From Candidatus Multivoradales bacterium (GTDB lineage: Bacteria > Acidobacteriota > Thermoanaerobaculia > Multivoradales > JAHEKO01), in the NCBI GenBank assembly GCA_965223155.1, contig CBDCVR010000014.1, positions 1-64,000 of the forward strand: 64,000 nucleotides of DNA, written 5' to 3'. The position numbers and the translations under genes were made by a program. The notes under the pieces are model-generated. The model had not been told where the DNA came from. It ran no database searches and saw only the letters and a list, made by a program, of their open reading frames with translations. Shown in pieces: positions 1 to 9,460 of the stretch (position 1 is the first letter of the stretch; each line of letters starts with the position of its first letter).

Positions 1-533
1 AGTTACAGGCGCGCTCCTGGGATGTCGTCGTATTGGAATTGGGGGTGTCCGATCAAAGCGGCCCGGAGCTCTTATCCTATATCGCCTCTCAGACCGCTGC
101 GCCTCCCGTCCTGATCTTCACGGCATACGCGGAGGGGCTATACGCCGTGAGCCTCCTGCGCCTGGGGGCGGCGGGATATCTAACGAAACAAGCCGGGGCG
201 CAAGAACTCATCACCGCCCTGCGGCGCGTGGCGAACGGGCAACGCTATATTAGCCCAACGCTCGCGGAGCGCCTCGCGGCGCAGGTTGAGAGGCAGCCGG
301 AGCAAACGCGGCGCGCCGCGCTGTCCGATCGCGAATTTCAGGTGTTGTGTTTGATTGCGTCGGGCAACACCATCTCCGAGATCGCCGCGGCGTTATCCGT
401 CAGCGTGGCGACGGTAAGCACACACCGCAGGCGCTTGCTGGACAAGATGGGCTTGCGGCATAATGCTGACCTCATCCACTACGCCCTCTGGCATCAGTTA
501 GTGCCGTGGCGCCCGGACGCCATCATGCCATAG
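1..533 (+). CDS. NarL/LuxR-family response regulator (5' end outside window)
   Basis: Frame is open from the window start (LQARSWDVVVLELG); receiver T and K motifs (FTAY, YLTK); LuxR HTH LSDREFQVLCLIASG...TVSTHRRRLLDKMGL. Confidence 0.9.
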   Translation, partial: LQARSWDVVVLELGVSDQSGPELLSYIASQTAAPPVLIFTAYAEGLYAVSLLRLGAAGYLTKQAGAQELITALRRVANGQRYISPTLAERLAAQVERQPEQTRRAALSDREFQVLCLIASGNTISEIAAALSVSVATVSTHRRRLLDKMGLRHNADLIHYALWHQLVPWRPDAIMP

Positions 534-542
534 CTTCCCGCC

Positions 543-562
543 TTGTCATAAAAATATGACAA
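543..562. promoter_or_regulatory. Perfect inverted repeat TTGTCATA-AAAA-TATGACAA, candidate operator
   Basis: 8-bp perfect arms with a 4-bp spacer in AT-rich intergenic DNA upstream of the ORF at 693. Confidence 0.5.
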
Positions 563-692
563 CGAAATCGAAAATTTTATGAAAGCATGTATCATTCACA
601 GATGCTATCATGTTGCTCCTAATAAAAAGCTAATAAAAGAATCAATCTAGTTCTAACACCAGGTAGTTGGATGTTGGAACAAAGGAGCGCGC

Positions 693-956
693 ATGGCCAT
701 GGAGAGGCTTCGGCTCGATGAGACTTTTCACCCTGAAGATGCGGCGGCGTGGTATCGCAACGCCGAGGTCGGCGACCGCATCTTGATCGATTTGCCGGGT
801 CGCGCCTGCGCGCTGCAACTCATGGCTTGCCCGAACCAGTTGGTCTGTTGGTGGCCTGAGGGCGGACGCGGCGTATCGATACCGCTGGAGCAAGTGGCGC
901 CCCGGCTGGAGATGCTTTCAAACGTCCGACGCGCTGCATCGCTTGTTTCGACTTGA
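693..956 (+). CDS. Small hypothetical protein (87 aa)
   Basis: Strong RBS AAAGGAG before the ATG; no recognisable family. Confidence 0.6.
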   Translation: MAMERLRLDETFHPEDAAAWYRNAEVGDRILIDLPGRACALQLMACPNQLVCWWPEGGRGVSIPLEQVAPRLEMLSNVRRAASLVST

Positions 957-1508
957 CGCACTTGCAAATTTTCGTCTACTTGTCCGCGTCTTCGCCCTGT
1001 GTTTACATTGATCTAATCACTGATCAGCCCTGCAAGTCGCCCCTCTAACTCGCCGCCGCCAACGCCCGCGTGGCGACGGCAACGCCTGGGACCGCCAATC
1101 ACAGTCCCAGCGCAAAAGCGAAACTAAATGACATTAGCAAGGCGTCGCCTCGTAGGGCCAGTCATCCCATTCCAAGGGTTTCATTCATCGCCAATTTCAG
1201 GCATCATAACGAAGACAAATGGCAGGTGTTATATCCGGGGAAATCGCCGCGCCAACTCCTTCCACCAAGGCTACTTGCCAGGAAGAGATCAGGGCATGAG
1301 CTGCTGTATCAATGCCAAACATTACCGGATTGGGTAAGTACTCGACAAAGACCATTGCCAATATCTCAAGTTTCCTCAGTGTACAAGTCAACGGTTTCCT
1401 TGACCTTCACACTTAGAAAACTTAAGATGTAGTTTTACCAATGGCATCGAGGCGCTGCTGGAAACTTATCGCTTCCAACTCCGATACCCCGTCTGCCACG
1501 GTAGCGCG

Positions 1509-4500
1509 TTACGGCAATTGCAGGTCGATGATCTCGGTACTGCCGCTCACCTCGTTGGTAATCACCAACAAGGGCTCGCCGCTAGGGCTATTGGCAGCCG
1601 GGATGAACGTCAGACCTTCCGGCCCCAGGCCGCCAGCGGCCGGGTTGGATTGGTCGTCATCCCCGTCGCACCCGCCGTCGCCGTTCACATCGATACATTC
1701 CAGCACATCGAAGTTACGGGTCTGGATGTAGCGCGTGAAGACCGGCGCGCGGGGATTGGACAGGTCGTAAACCATCACGCCGCCGACCCGTTCGAGGCCA
1801 ATAAAGGCGTAGGGGACGCCATTGACCTCGCCAACGACAACGCCCTCCGGTTCTGGCCCTTTGTCGTCGCTGCGCGCATCAAACGAATCATTCTCGTCAT
1901 TATTGGCGTTAAAATGATCGGGAATGAGGTCAGCCGTGATCGACTCAAACTGGTCGGACGAATCCCACACCAGGTTGCCCGTGGCATCCCAGACGCTAAA
2001 AGAGCGCGCGCCGTAGGCGTAGAAGCGATCGACATCGCCGTCACCGTCGATGTCACCCAGGGTGCTGGTGGTGAGCAAGCGGCCGAGCTGGGCCTCCTGC
2101 TGCAAGTCAGCGGCATTGGGAAAGATATCGGGGTCGAGCATTAAATCATCGCCCCGCAGCTCCTCGCTGAAGCCATCGTAGTCGCGCGCATCCCCCTCAT
2201 TGGCGGTGAGCCAAAACACCTCGCCATTCGCTTCAACAGCCGTAATGGCGTCCGGCTGGTACATGCCCAGCACCGGCCAATTTTGGAGGTTAATCGCGCC
2301 ATCCTCGTTGCTGGCGTCCAGGCGATTGCCAGGCCCAAAGCTAATGATGCCGAGCGTCGGCGCCACGGGCGTAGCGGCCAATAATACCGTGCCGTCGAGG
2401 GGGATAGCGCCCTCAGCCACGCCGAAATCGTTGTCGTTGAGCACGGCCAGTTGACCCTCTGGCAAAAGCGCCAACCCTTCCGGCTTATCGCCGGCCAAGT
2501 AGCCGATCGAGGGCAGATTGAGCACCTTACGTTTATGCACCGGCCGGATGCCGGCCTCGGCCAGTTGGTCAGCCGTGTGCTGCTCCAACGTCAGGCCCGC
2601 CAGCGGCGTGGGCGCGCCAGCGGCAAGCAGGTCCGTAGCGCCGCTGAAGTCGACCTCGAAAATGTACTTTTTCGAGGTCGCTGTCGCGCCCGAGTCGCGC
2701 TCGATCACAAACATGCGGCCAGTCTCCGGATCGTAGACGGCATCGCCGATCTTATCCACTCGGCCCTCATCAACGCCGCGCTCGCGGTTGCGTTCGAGGA
2801 GATAGAGATACTCGCGCACCGGGGCGCCATCGGCGGGATTGATGCCGAGGATGCGAATGACATCCGAATGCCGGATGCTGGCGTCGGGATTATCCAGCGG
2901 CGTCTGGATGAAGGCGTAGAGGATGCCCGCATCCGTATCCAGCGCCATGCCCTCAAAACCCCGGTTGGCGCGGCGGTTGGCGTACACCGCCGGCAGCATC
3001 TCCTGGCCAAACGTTCCAGCCGCCTGACCGACGAGGGCCGCCGTGCCCGCCGGCACGTAGCGAGCAATCAAGCTGCTCGCGCCATCGCCGTCCAGGTCGC
3101 CGTCGAAGTGATAGATGGCTGGCCGATACTCATCCACCATCCAAAAATCGCCAGCCGGGCTGCGGAGAATGCCCTCCAAGTCGCCGCCGAAGGCGTCGAA
3201 GGCGAGCGGGGCGCCAAACAAGTCGACAGGCTCTTCATCAACGTCATTGGGCAAGTTGGGCAAGCCGGTAATCGGCGTGACGCCATCGCTGCGGAACAGA
3301 AAAATCGGCGCCTGCATGGTGAGCGCCCCCGTGTCGGGATTGACGTCAAAGGGCACGACGCGCGCCTGGTAATCCGGCAGCGCAAAGGGGCGTTCGTTGA
3401 CGCCGTCGTTGTCGACATCCAGGGTGTCGGGATTGGGGCCGCGATCCGGCACGGTCAAGAACCGGTAGTTGCCAGTGGCCCCGTCCATGCCGTCAAACCA
3501 CAGGCCCGAAAAGCCGCCCAACAAGATGTCCTGGCCCCCGGCAGTCGTGCCCAGAACCGGCAAATTGGTGAAGGGAATATTCTGCACCTGCGGCGCGCCC
3601 CGGCTGTAATCCTTGAAGCCCAGGGCAATGATGTCGACGACCGTTGCCGTGGCAATGTCGATAATCGCCACAGCATTGTTTTCCTGCAACGTCACCGCGG
3701 CCGTGCTGCCGTCGGGCGTGACAGCAATATACTCGGGCTCCAGATCCTGCGCCACGCTAGCGCCAGGGCCGAAGATGCGCACGCCGCGGTTGCGCAGCAT
3801 GGCGGCCTTGTCATTGAAGGCGGCGAAATCGGCCGTCATCACCTGGAAGGTCGTGGTGTCGATGATGGAGACAGCGCCTTCGGGATCGACGGTATAATCG
3901 TCATTGGGCTCGCCTTCATTGGCGACCAATGCCTTACTGCCGTCAGGCGTAAACACGACCATGTCCGGCAGGGCGCCGACTGTGACGTCGCCAACCATGG
4001 CGCCGTCGGCGTTGAAAAACTTGACGCTTCCCGGATCAGTCGCCGGATCCGCCTGCACGGCCACGGCGATCAGGCCATTATGCGCCGCCACACTGTTGGG
4101 CGCACCGCCGACATCGAGCGCGCTCAACGGCTGTGGATTCGACGGGTTGCTGACGTCGTAGACCTCGACCGTTTCCGCGCCGCCATTGACGATGAAGAGC
4201 CGGTTGCTGCTCGCGTCGAAAGCGGAGATTTCAGCGGCGGGGCCGTCGAAAACGCCAGTGTTGATGCTCGCAAGCGGGGCGGGCAGGATATCGAAAACCG
4301 TGTCTGCGCGCTGGCTCAAGTCCTGGATGCGCTCATCGCCGCTCGGCGGAGTTTCCGCCATGCCGAAGGGCGTATCGGCGAAATGGGCAGCGAGGTGCTC
4401 GGCCATGGCGTCCTGCTCGGAGCCGTCCGGCGCAAAAGTGGCGGCTCCCGTGCGCGCCGCCTCATCGGCCTGCGCCAGATCGACGCGAGCGCGAGCCGGG

Positions 4501-7067
4501 AACGGGTAGTTATCGCCCCCGTCCGCCATGAAATTCAGCGTCACCACGCGAAACGTCCGGGCCGCATCGCCCACCACTTGTCCGGCTTCCACGACCTTGT
4601 CGAGCAAAAAGCCATTGGGGTCGACGACGGCGAGGGAGCGAATGCGCTCGCCGGGCTGCGTTTCAGCGCCCGCATCATCCGTCTGGCGAGCTGGCCTCTG
4701 TGGGTCAAAGCTAAAGCGCAAGCCCGCCACCTGCGGGAACTGCCCCGGCGTATCGCCGGGTTCCGAGGCTGCTACGGCATGCTCCGCCAGGGTCTTCAAC
4801 TCCTGCGCCGTGATCGTCAGGAGGGTCAGGCCGTTGTTAAAACGCAGCGAATTTTCAATATCGAGCTGCGAGATTTGTCCCGCTTCCTTGCCGGATAAGG
4901 CATTCGCCTGAGTCGGCAACAGCTCGCCCGTATCCCCGTCAATAAAGCCGATTTCAGCGCGAATGCCGCCGCCGTTCTTAATCGAGATGACCGTCGCGGC
5001 GTCCGTCTGCCTGGCCATCGCCAAGTTGGCGTCGGCCGTCAGGTTGCCGAGGTTGGTTTCCTCCGTGCGCACGAAATCGCGGCGGCCTTCGAGAAAGACC
5101 ATACTGCGCCCGAAGACATTGCCGTCCTTGTCGGTGACCACACCTTCGATGGCGTCGGTCAAGCGCTTGACCTGCGCCCCCTTCGCGCCGTCGGCAAATG
5201 GCGCATCGAGATTGCCCCACAGCGACTGCACGCCGTCGCTGTCCGTGGGATAGGCGTCATTGACCGCCGGGTTCAAATGATCGGCGAGGAGGACGCCATT
5301 GGCGTCGAAATCCACCACCAGCCGCCCGACGTAGGCATATTCGCCAGGCGTGCTGACGATCAGCGCCGGGTCGCCGTCCAGATTGGTCGTGACAATGGGA
5401 TAGGCGCGATCGGCCGTATCGCCGCTTCGCAGCCGCTCCGTATTGTTGGCCAGCAGCGTATCCCCGCCCCCGGCCACAGCGATGTCCACGCCGCTCAGCA
5501 GCGGTATCAGCTCTTCTTCGAGGCTGATTTGCTGCAAATGCGTCACCAAGATGATTTTGTCGATATCGTCAGCCGTTCCCAGCGCGCCGTCATCGCCTTG
5601 GCGCGCCGTATCGATCGCCGGTTGCAAAATGCTCGCTAGCGCTACCATGTCATCACTGCCGCCCCCTGGCTCTCGCACCTGCACGCCGCCCGGCGACGTA
5701 ATCGAGTCGAGTTTAGGCGTCGTGCCGCCGATCACCGCCGCTCGTTCACCATTGCCGAGGTCGATGATGGTGTATGGCGCAATCTTAGGCGCGGCGCCAG
5801 CCGCGCCGAGATCGTCCGGCGTCGACTGAAAGGCGGTGTTGGGCAGGACTTGATTGGTGAACAAACCACTGAGATTGCCGTCGCCGGCAAAGTCCAAGTT
5901 GGCGCTGAGGTAGGGGAATTGCGCGCCCAACCAACGGACATCGCCCAGCGTATCGCCGCGAATATCGGTCCCGATAATATCGCTTAAAATAGAAGTTCCG
6001 GCGTCGAACTCGTGATTGCCGAGGGCCGAGGCGTCAAAGCCGATGATGTTCATAATGGTGATATCGGCGCGTCCGCCGGCTTCGCGGATATTGTTCAACG
6101 ACCCGTCGGGCAGCCCGAACAGCGTGTCGTGAACGCCCTGAAACACCGGGCGCAGCGCCCCGTCGCCAGCAGCCGAAAAGAACGGCCCTGGAATATAGTT
6201 GTCGCCCGCCGAAAGCAGAATCGAGGGGCCAGAAGCGTCCTGCTCCAGGGCCTCGACCACCGCCGCAAAGTTGGGGGCGTCGCCGACGGCGTCAACGCCG
6301 CCTTCCAAGTCAGAGGCGTGCAGGAGCTGCAAGCGAGAGTCAGCCAGCGTGTCAACCACGACATCGTCGAAGCCTATATTAATATCGACGACAATGGTTT
6401 GCGTTGGGGTCTCAACCTCGATCACGAGGCCGCCATCCCCGAGCGTCACAACAATCGTCACCAGCGCGTCGAGCACCGCATCGAGTCCCTCGCCATTAGC
6501 GGCGAAATTCGAGTCGCTAAACAGATCAATTTGTTCGAGATCGCGCAGCCCGGCGACGCGCATCTCATTGGCCAGGTTGGCGATGATCGTTACTGATGCC
6601 GCCTCGACATCGGCGGCGGCGAAAGGCTGCGTCGGCCCCCAGCCGTCGAAAATGGCCGTGAGATCGGCGACGCCCGCGGCCAGCTTTATCACCAGGTCCG
6701 TGAGGCCCGTGACGTGCGCCGTAACGGCATTGCCTATGATCGTTGCGACGTAGGAGTAGAGCGTCAATTGCCCATCTTCACTCACCGCCCGAATGAACAA
6801 AGGCGCTTGCGCCTCGATGTCGACCGTGAACGCGCCGTTGGCGTCCGTGACGACAGGGGTGGACGTGGTCCCTCGCCCATTGACAATGACCACCGTGGCG
6901 TTGACCAGGGCGCGACCGTTGGCGACGATGCCGGACACGGTAATCGTGTCGTTGTCACCGTCGTCGTCTGAACATCCAGCCACCATCAAGGCAATGGCAA
7001 TAAGTACGGCAAGATAGAACCACAACCCGCGCCGATGCGCGCCATAGGGCTTGTGAGACATAGACAT
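1509..7067 (-). CDS. Multidomain alkaline phosphatase lipoprotein: metallophosphoesterase/5'-nucleotidase plus choice-of-anchor-I beta-propeller with inserted phytase-like domain
   Basis: Lipobox MVAGC; LLHASDLEG, SAGDN, ALGNHEFD, NGGGIR, GQFPQVAG; AEISAFD, ANEGEP, DLEPEYI, RSDDKGPEPEG; insert with GFSGL, PDRGPN, DEYRPAI, NRGFEG, DKPEGL, NDNDFG. Confidence 0.88.
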   Translation of the reverse strand: MSMSHKPYGAHRRGLWFYLAVLIAIALMVAGCSDDDGDNDTITVSGIVANGRALVNATVVIVNGRGTTSTPVVTDANGAFTVDIEAQAPLFIRAVSEDGQLTLYSYVATIIGNAVTAHVTGLTDLVIKLAAGVADLTAIFDGWGPTQPFAAADVEAASVTIIANLANEMRVAGLRDLEQIDLFSDSNFAANGEGLDAVLDALVTIVVTLGDGGLVIEVETPTQTIVVDINIGFDDVVVDTLADSRLQLLHASDLEGGVDAVGDAPNFAAVVEALEQDASGPSILLSAGDNYIPGPFFSAAGDGALRPVFQGVHDTLFGLPDGSLNNIREAGGRADITIMNIIGFDASALGNHEFDAGTSILSDIIGTDIRGDTLGDVRWLGAQFPYLSANLDFAGDGNLSGLFTNQVLPNTAFQSTPDDLGAAGAAPKIAPYTIIDLGNGERAAVIGGTTPKLDSITSPGGVQVREPGGGSDDMVALASILQPAIDTARQGDDGALGTADDIDKIILVTHLQQISLEEELIPLLSGVDIAVAGGGDTLLANNTERLRSGDTADRAYPIVTTNLDGDPALIVSTPGEYAYVGRLVVDFDANGVLLADHLNPAVNDAYPTDSDGVQSLWGNLDAPFADGAKGAQVKRLTDAIEGVVTDKDGNVFGRSMVFLEGRRDFVRTEETNLGNLTADANLAMARQTDAATVISIKNGGGIRAEIGFIDGDTGELLPTQANALSGKEAGQISQLDIENSLRFNNGLTLLTITAQELKTLAEHAVAASEPGDTPGQFPQVAGLRFSFDPQRPARQTDDAGAETQPGERIRSLAVVDPNGFLLDKVVEAGQVVGDAARTFRVVTLNFMADGGDNYPFPARARVDLAQADEAARTGAATFAPDGSEQDAMAEHLAAHFADTPFGMAETPPSGDERIQDLSQRADTVFDILPAPLASINTGVFDGPAAEISAFDASSNRLFIVNGGAETVEVYDVSNPSNPQPLSALDVGGAPNSVAAHNGLIAVAVQADPATDPGSVKFFNADGAMVGDVTVGALPDMVVFTPDGSKALVANEGEPNDDYTVDPEGAVSIIDTTTFQVMTADFAAFNDKAAMLRNRGVRIFGPGASVAQDLEPEYIAVTPDGSTAAVTLQENNAVAIIDIATATVVDIIALGFKDYSRGAPQVQNIPFTNLPVLGTTAGGQDILLGGFSGLWFDGMDGATGNYRFLTVPDRGPNPDTLDVDNDGVNERPFALPDYQARVVPFDVNPDTGALTMQAPIFLFRSDGVTPITGLPNLPNDVDEEPVDLFGAPLAFDAFGGDLEGILRSPAGDFWMVDEYRPAIYHFDGDLDGDGASSLIARYVPAGTAALVGQAAGTFGQEMLPAVYANRRANRGFEGMALDTDAGILYAFIQTPLDNPDASIRHSDVIRILGINPADGAPVREYLYLLERNRERGVDEGRVDKIGDAVYDPETGRMFVIERDSGATATSKKYIFEVDFSGATDLLAAGAPTPLAGLTLEQHTADQLAEAGIRPVHKRKVLNLPSIGYLAGDKPEGLALLPEGQLAVLNDNDFGVAEGAIPLDGTVLLAATPVAPTLGIISFGPGNRLDASNEDGAINLQNWPVLGMYQPDAITAVEANGEVFWLTANEGDARDYDGFSEELRGDDLMLDPDIFPNAADLQQEAQLGRLLTTSTLGDIDGDGDVDRFYAYGARSFSVWDATGNLVWDSSDQFESITADLIPDHFNANNDENDSFDARSDDKGPEPEGVVVGEVNGVPYAFIGLERVGGVMVYDLSNPRAPVFTRYIQTRNFDVLECIDVNGDGGCDGDDDQSNPAAGGLGPEGLTFIPAANSPSGEPLLVITNEVSGSTEIIDLQLP

Positions 7068-7149
7068 AGGCTGACACTCCTCATCGCAATCGTGTCATCA
7101 GCAAACAGCGACCAAGGTTTGAGACAAACAGCCGAGCTTATCAAGCGTT

Positions 7150-7190
7150 TATGAAGTTAGAGTTAGGATATGGTTTGAATACGGTGAGGA
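7150..7190 (-). promoter_or_regulatory. Putative Pho-box array (4 units, 11-bp period)
   Basis: Minus-strand octamers TCCTCACC, TTCAAACC, TCCTAACT, ACTTCATA at 7183, 7172, 7161, 7150, upstream of the phosphatase. Confidence 0.55.
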
Positions 7191-7337
7191 TTTTTCGCGC
7201 GCCCATACGGTCAAGACGGCTTCCGATTATGACGCAGCATCGGGTCAAGGGCCTTGCATCAACAGGCCCGCGAAGGGAAATCGACAATCCCGATGCGACG
7301 CCATAGCGGGTTTAAATGAGATTGTCTATGACAATGT

Positions 7338-8618
7338 CTATTTGGGTAACAGCTTCTGCACGTCCCGCGCCATCTCTTCCAGAACCTTCTCAGGTTCATC
7401 GATGCGGCTGCCGGAGACGATGGACTGCATGTCATCAAAAATTACCTTGGTAATTTTCAACCCGTTCTTGCCGGGAAAGGCGTACCAGGTGCGCAGCAGC
7501 GGCAGTTGCTTCACGGCCGTGAAGTTGTTCGGATGCTCAGCGTAAAAATCCTTGAGGTAGACCTCGTTGGCCTTCTTGTTGGGCGGCATGTAGCCGGTGG
7601 TTTGCGCCACCACCGCGGCGCCGCGGCCGGAAGTGGCGAATTTGAGGAAGGTCCAGGCGGCGTTTTGCTTGGCCGGGTCCGTGGTCAGGAGCATGCCGGC
7701 GTTGCCGCCAGCGGGCAAACCCACGACATCGGGGTTGCCGTCTTTCAGCTCGTAGCCGGGAAAGAGCGCGGTCTTGAGTTCGAACTTGTCGCCTTTTTCC
7801 TCGGTGATCTTGGCCAAGCGCGAGGTGGACCAGAAAAACATGCCCATTTGCCCGGCGGAAAAAGGCGCGACAGCCTCTTTGACACTGTAGTTGGGCATCT
7901 TGCATGCTTTGGCCAGTTTGGCGAAGGTCTGCATAGCCAGTTTGCCGGTGTCGTTGCCGAAGTTGACGCTCTTTTCGTCCGCCGTCAGCATGGTGTTGTC
8001 GCGCGACCAGTTGAGCGCCTGCCAGAACCAGTTGCCGGTGATATTCCAGCCCCAAAACATGGTGTCGACCTCGGGAACGTTAGCTTCGATCATCTTGCAC
8101 AACTCGATGACTTCATCCCAGGTTTTGGGCAGCTCTTTGCTCCACCCCGCTTTTTTGACGATGTCCATGTTGTAGTAGGCAATGGGGAGCGAGATGGAGA
8201 AGGGCAGACCGTAGACCTGGCCGTCAAACTTGCTGAGGTCTAACATGGCCTGGTGATAGCCGTCTTTGAAGAACTGATCGCCTTCTTCTTGAATGAAGGG
8301 TTCGAGCGATTGCGCAATGCCTTTTTCCACCAAAATGCGTTGGCGATTGAGCCCCTGGAAGGTGATGTCCGGGGCTTTTTTGGTGATGGCCTCTTTGAGG
8401 ACTTTTTGCGAGCCGTCTTCGTAGGACTCGTAGGGCGAACGGAATTTGACTTTAATATTGGGGTGATCCTTTTCGAATTCTTCCCCAATAATCTTGTACG
8501 TCTCATTGAACAAGACGCCGTAGGGGTATTGCACTTCGATGGTGATGTCTTCTGCGGAGGCGGCGCTGGCGAAAGCCAGGAACACAGCGCTCAATAGGAA
8601 TAGCAGTCGATGCAGCAT
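7338..8618 (-). CDS. ABC substrate-binding protein, family 1 (UgpB-like, organophosphate ester)
   Basis: True start MLHRLLF after RBS AAGGAG; signal peptide; YGLPFSISLPIAYYN, AWTFLKF, TTGYMPPN. Confidence 0.85.
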   Translation of the reverse strand: MLHRLLFLLSAVFLAFASAASAEDITIEVQYPYGVLFNETYKIIGEEFEKDHPNIKVKFRSPYESYEDGSQKVLKEAITKKAPDITFQGLNRQRILVEKGIAQSLEPFIQEEGDQFFKDGYHQAMLDLSKFDGQVYGLPFSISLPIAYYNMDIVKKAGWSKELPKTWDEVIELCKMIEANVPEVDTMFWGWNITGNWFWQALNWSRDNTMLTADEKSVNFGNDTGKLAMQTFAKLAKACKMPNYSVKEAVAPFSAGQMGMFFWSTSRLAKITEEKGDKFELKTALFPGYELKDGNPDVVGLPAGGNAGMLLTTDPAKQNAAWTFLKFATSGRGAAVVAQTTGYMPPNKKANEVYLKDFYAEHPNNFTAVKQLPLLRTWYAFPGKNGLKITKVIFDDMQSIVSGSRIDEPEKVLEEMARDVQKLLPK

Positions 8619-8635
8619 GCTGGAATCTCCTTTTC

Positions 8636-9460
8636 TCACTTCATGCCAGTGAAGGTAATGCCTTCGATGAAACGCCGCTGCGCCAATAAGAAGGCGATCA
8701 CCAGCGGCGCGATGATGATGGCGGCGGTCGCCATCAGAGGACCGTAACTCGAGCCCCATTCCTCGTTGCGAAAATTGGCCACGCCTAGCGGCGGGGTGTA
8801 GAACGTCTCGCTCGACAGCACAATCAGGGGCCAGAAATAATCGTTCCAGTGCGCCACCACGGAGAAAATGCCAAAGGCGATGAGGGCCGGGATGGCGGTG
8901 GGCAACATGACGCGCCAGACGATGCCGAATTCGCTGATGCCGTCCATGCGGGCGGCGTCGACGAGGTCGTCGGGCACGGTTTTGAAAAACTGCCGCATGA
9001 GAAAAATGCCGAAGACCGAAATCGTCCATGGGACGATGAGGGCGGCGTAGGAATCGAGAATGCCAATCTTGAAAAACAGCAAGTACAGTGGAATGGCGAT
9101 GGTGTGGGGCGGAATGAGCAGGCATAGCAACACCAGGACGAAGACGGCGTCGCGGCCCCACCAGCGCAGCTTGGCCAGGGCGTAGGCGCATGGCAGGGCG
9201 ATCAGCACCTGGAGCAAGAAGATGGTGACGGTGACGAAGAGGCCGTTAAGCATGTAGCGCAACAAAGGCTGTTCGGTAAGGGCTTCGCGATAGTTGGCGA
9301 AGTCCGGCATATTGGGCCAAAGCTGCAGCGTCGCCTGATAGATCTCACTCTCGTCTTTGATCGAGGTGGAGAGCATCTCGACAAACGGGGCGAGAATGAC
9401 GACAGCCCCGGCTGCTAGTATCACATGTTTAAGCAGCTCGATGACCCAGTGGCGTTTCAT
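8636..9460 (-). CDS. CUT1 ABC permease (UgpE-like)
   Basis: EAA-like loop DLVDAARMDG; HWNDYFWPL. Confidence 0.9.
   Translation of the reverse strand: MKRHWVIELLKHVILAAGAVVILAPFVEMLSTSIKDESEIYQATLQLWPNMPDFANYREALTEQPLLRYMLNGLFVTVTIFLLQVLIALPCAYALAKLRWWGRDAVFVLVLLCLLIPPHTIAIPLYLLFFKIGILDSYAALIVPWTISVFGIFLMRQFFKTVPDDLVDAARMDGISEFGIVWRVMLPTAIPALIAFGIFSVVAHWNDYFWPLIVLSSETFYTPPLGVANFRNEEWGSSYGPLMATAAIIIAPLVIAFLLAQRRFIEGITFTGMK

Noticed and set aside
960-1500. Lower-GC stretch with several short ORFs (1070-1432, 1128-1337, 1197-1391)
   Set aside because: No RBS or motif recognisable in any frame; possibly decayed foreign DNA, but unsupported.
2451-4898. 815-aa plus-strand ORF and many similar long antisense ORFs
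   Set aside because: Shadow ORFs from GC-rich codon bias opposite well-supported genes.
7237-7296. Nested stems (GCATCGGG/CCCGATGC around GGGCCT/AGGCCC) as a riboswitch or ncRNA
   Set aside because: No known riboswitch consensus; it lies upstream of the putative Pho boxes, so it is more likely a 3' structure of the ABC mRNA.
8619-9191. 191-aa N-terminal extension of the substrate-binding ORF
   Set aside because: It overlaps the permease in another frame; the RBS and signal peptide give a start at 8618.
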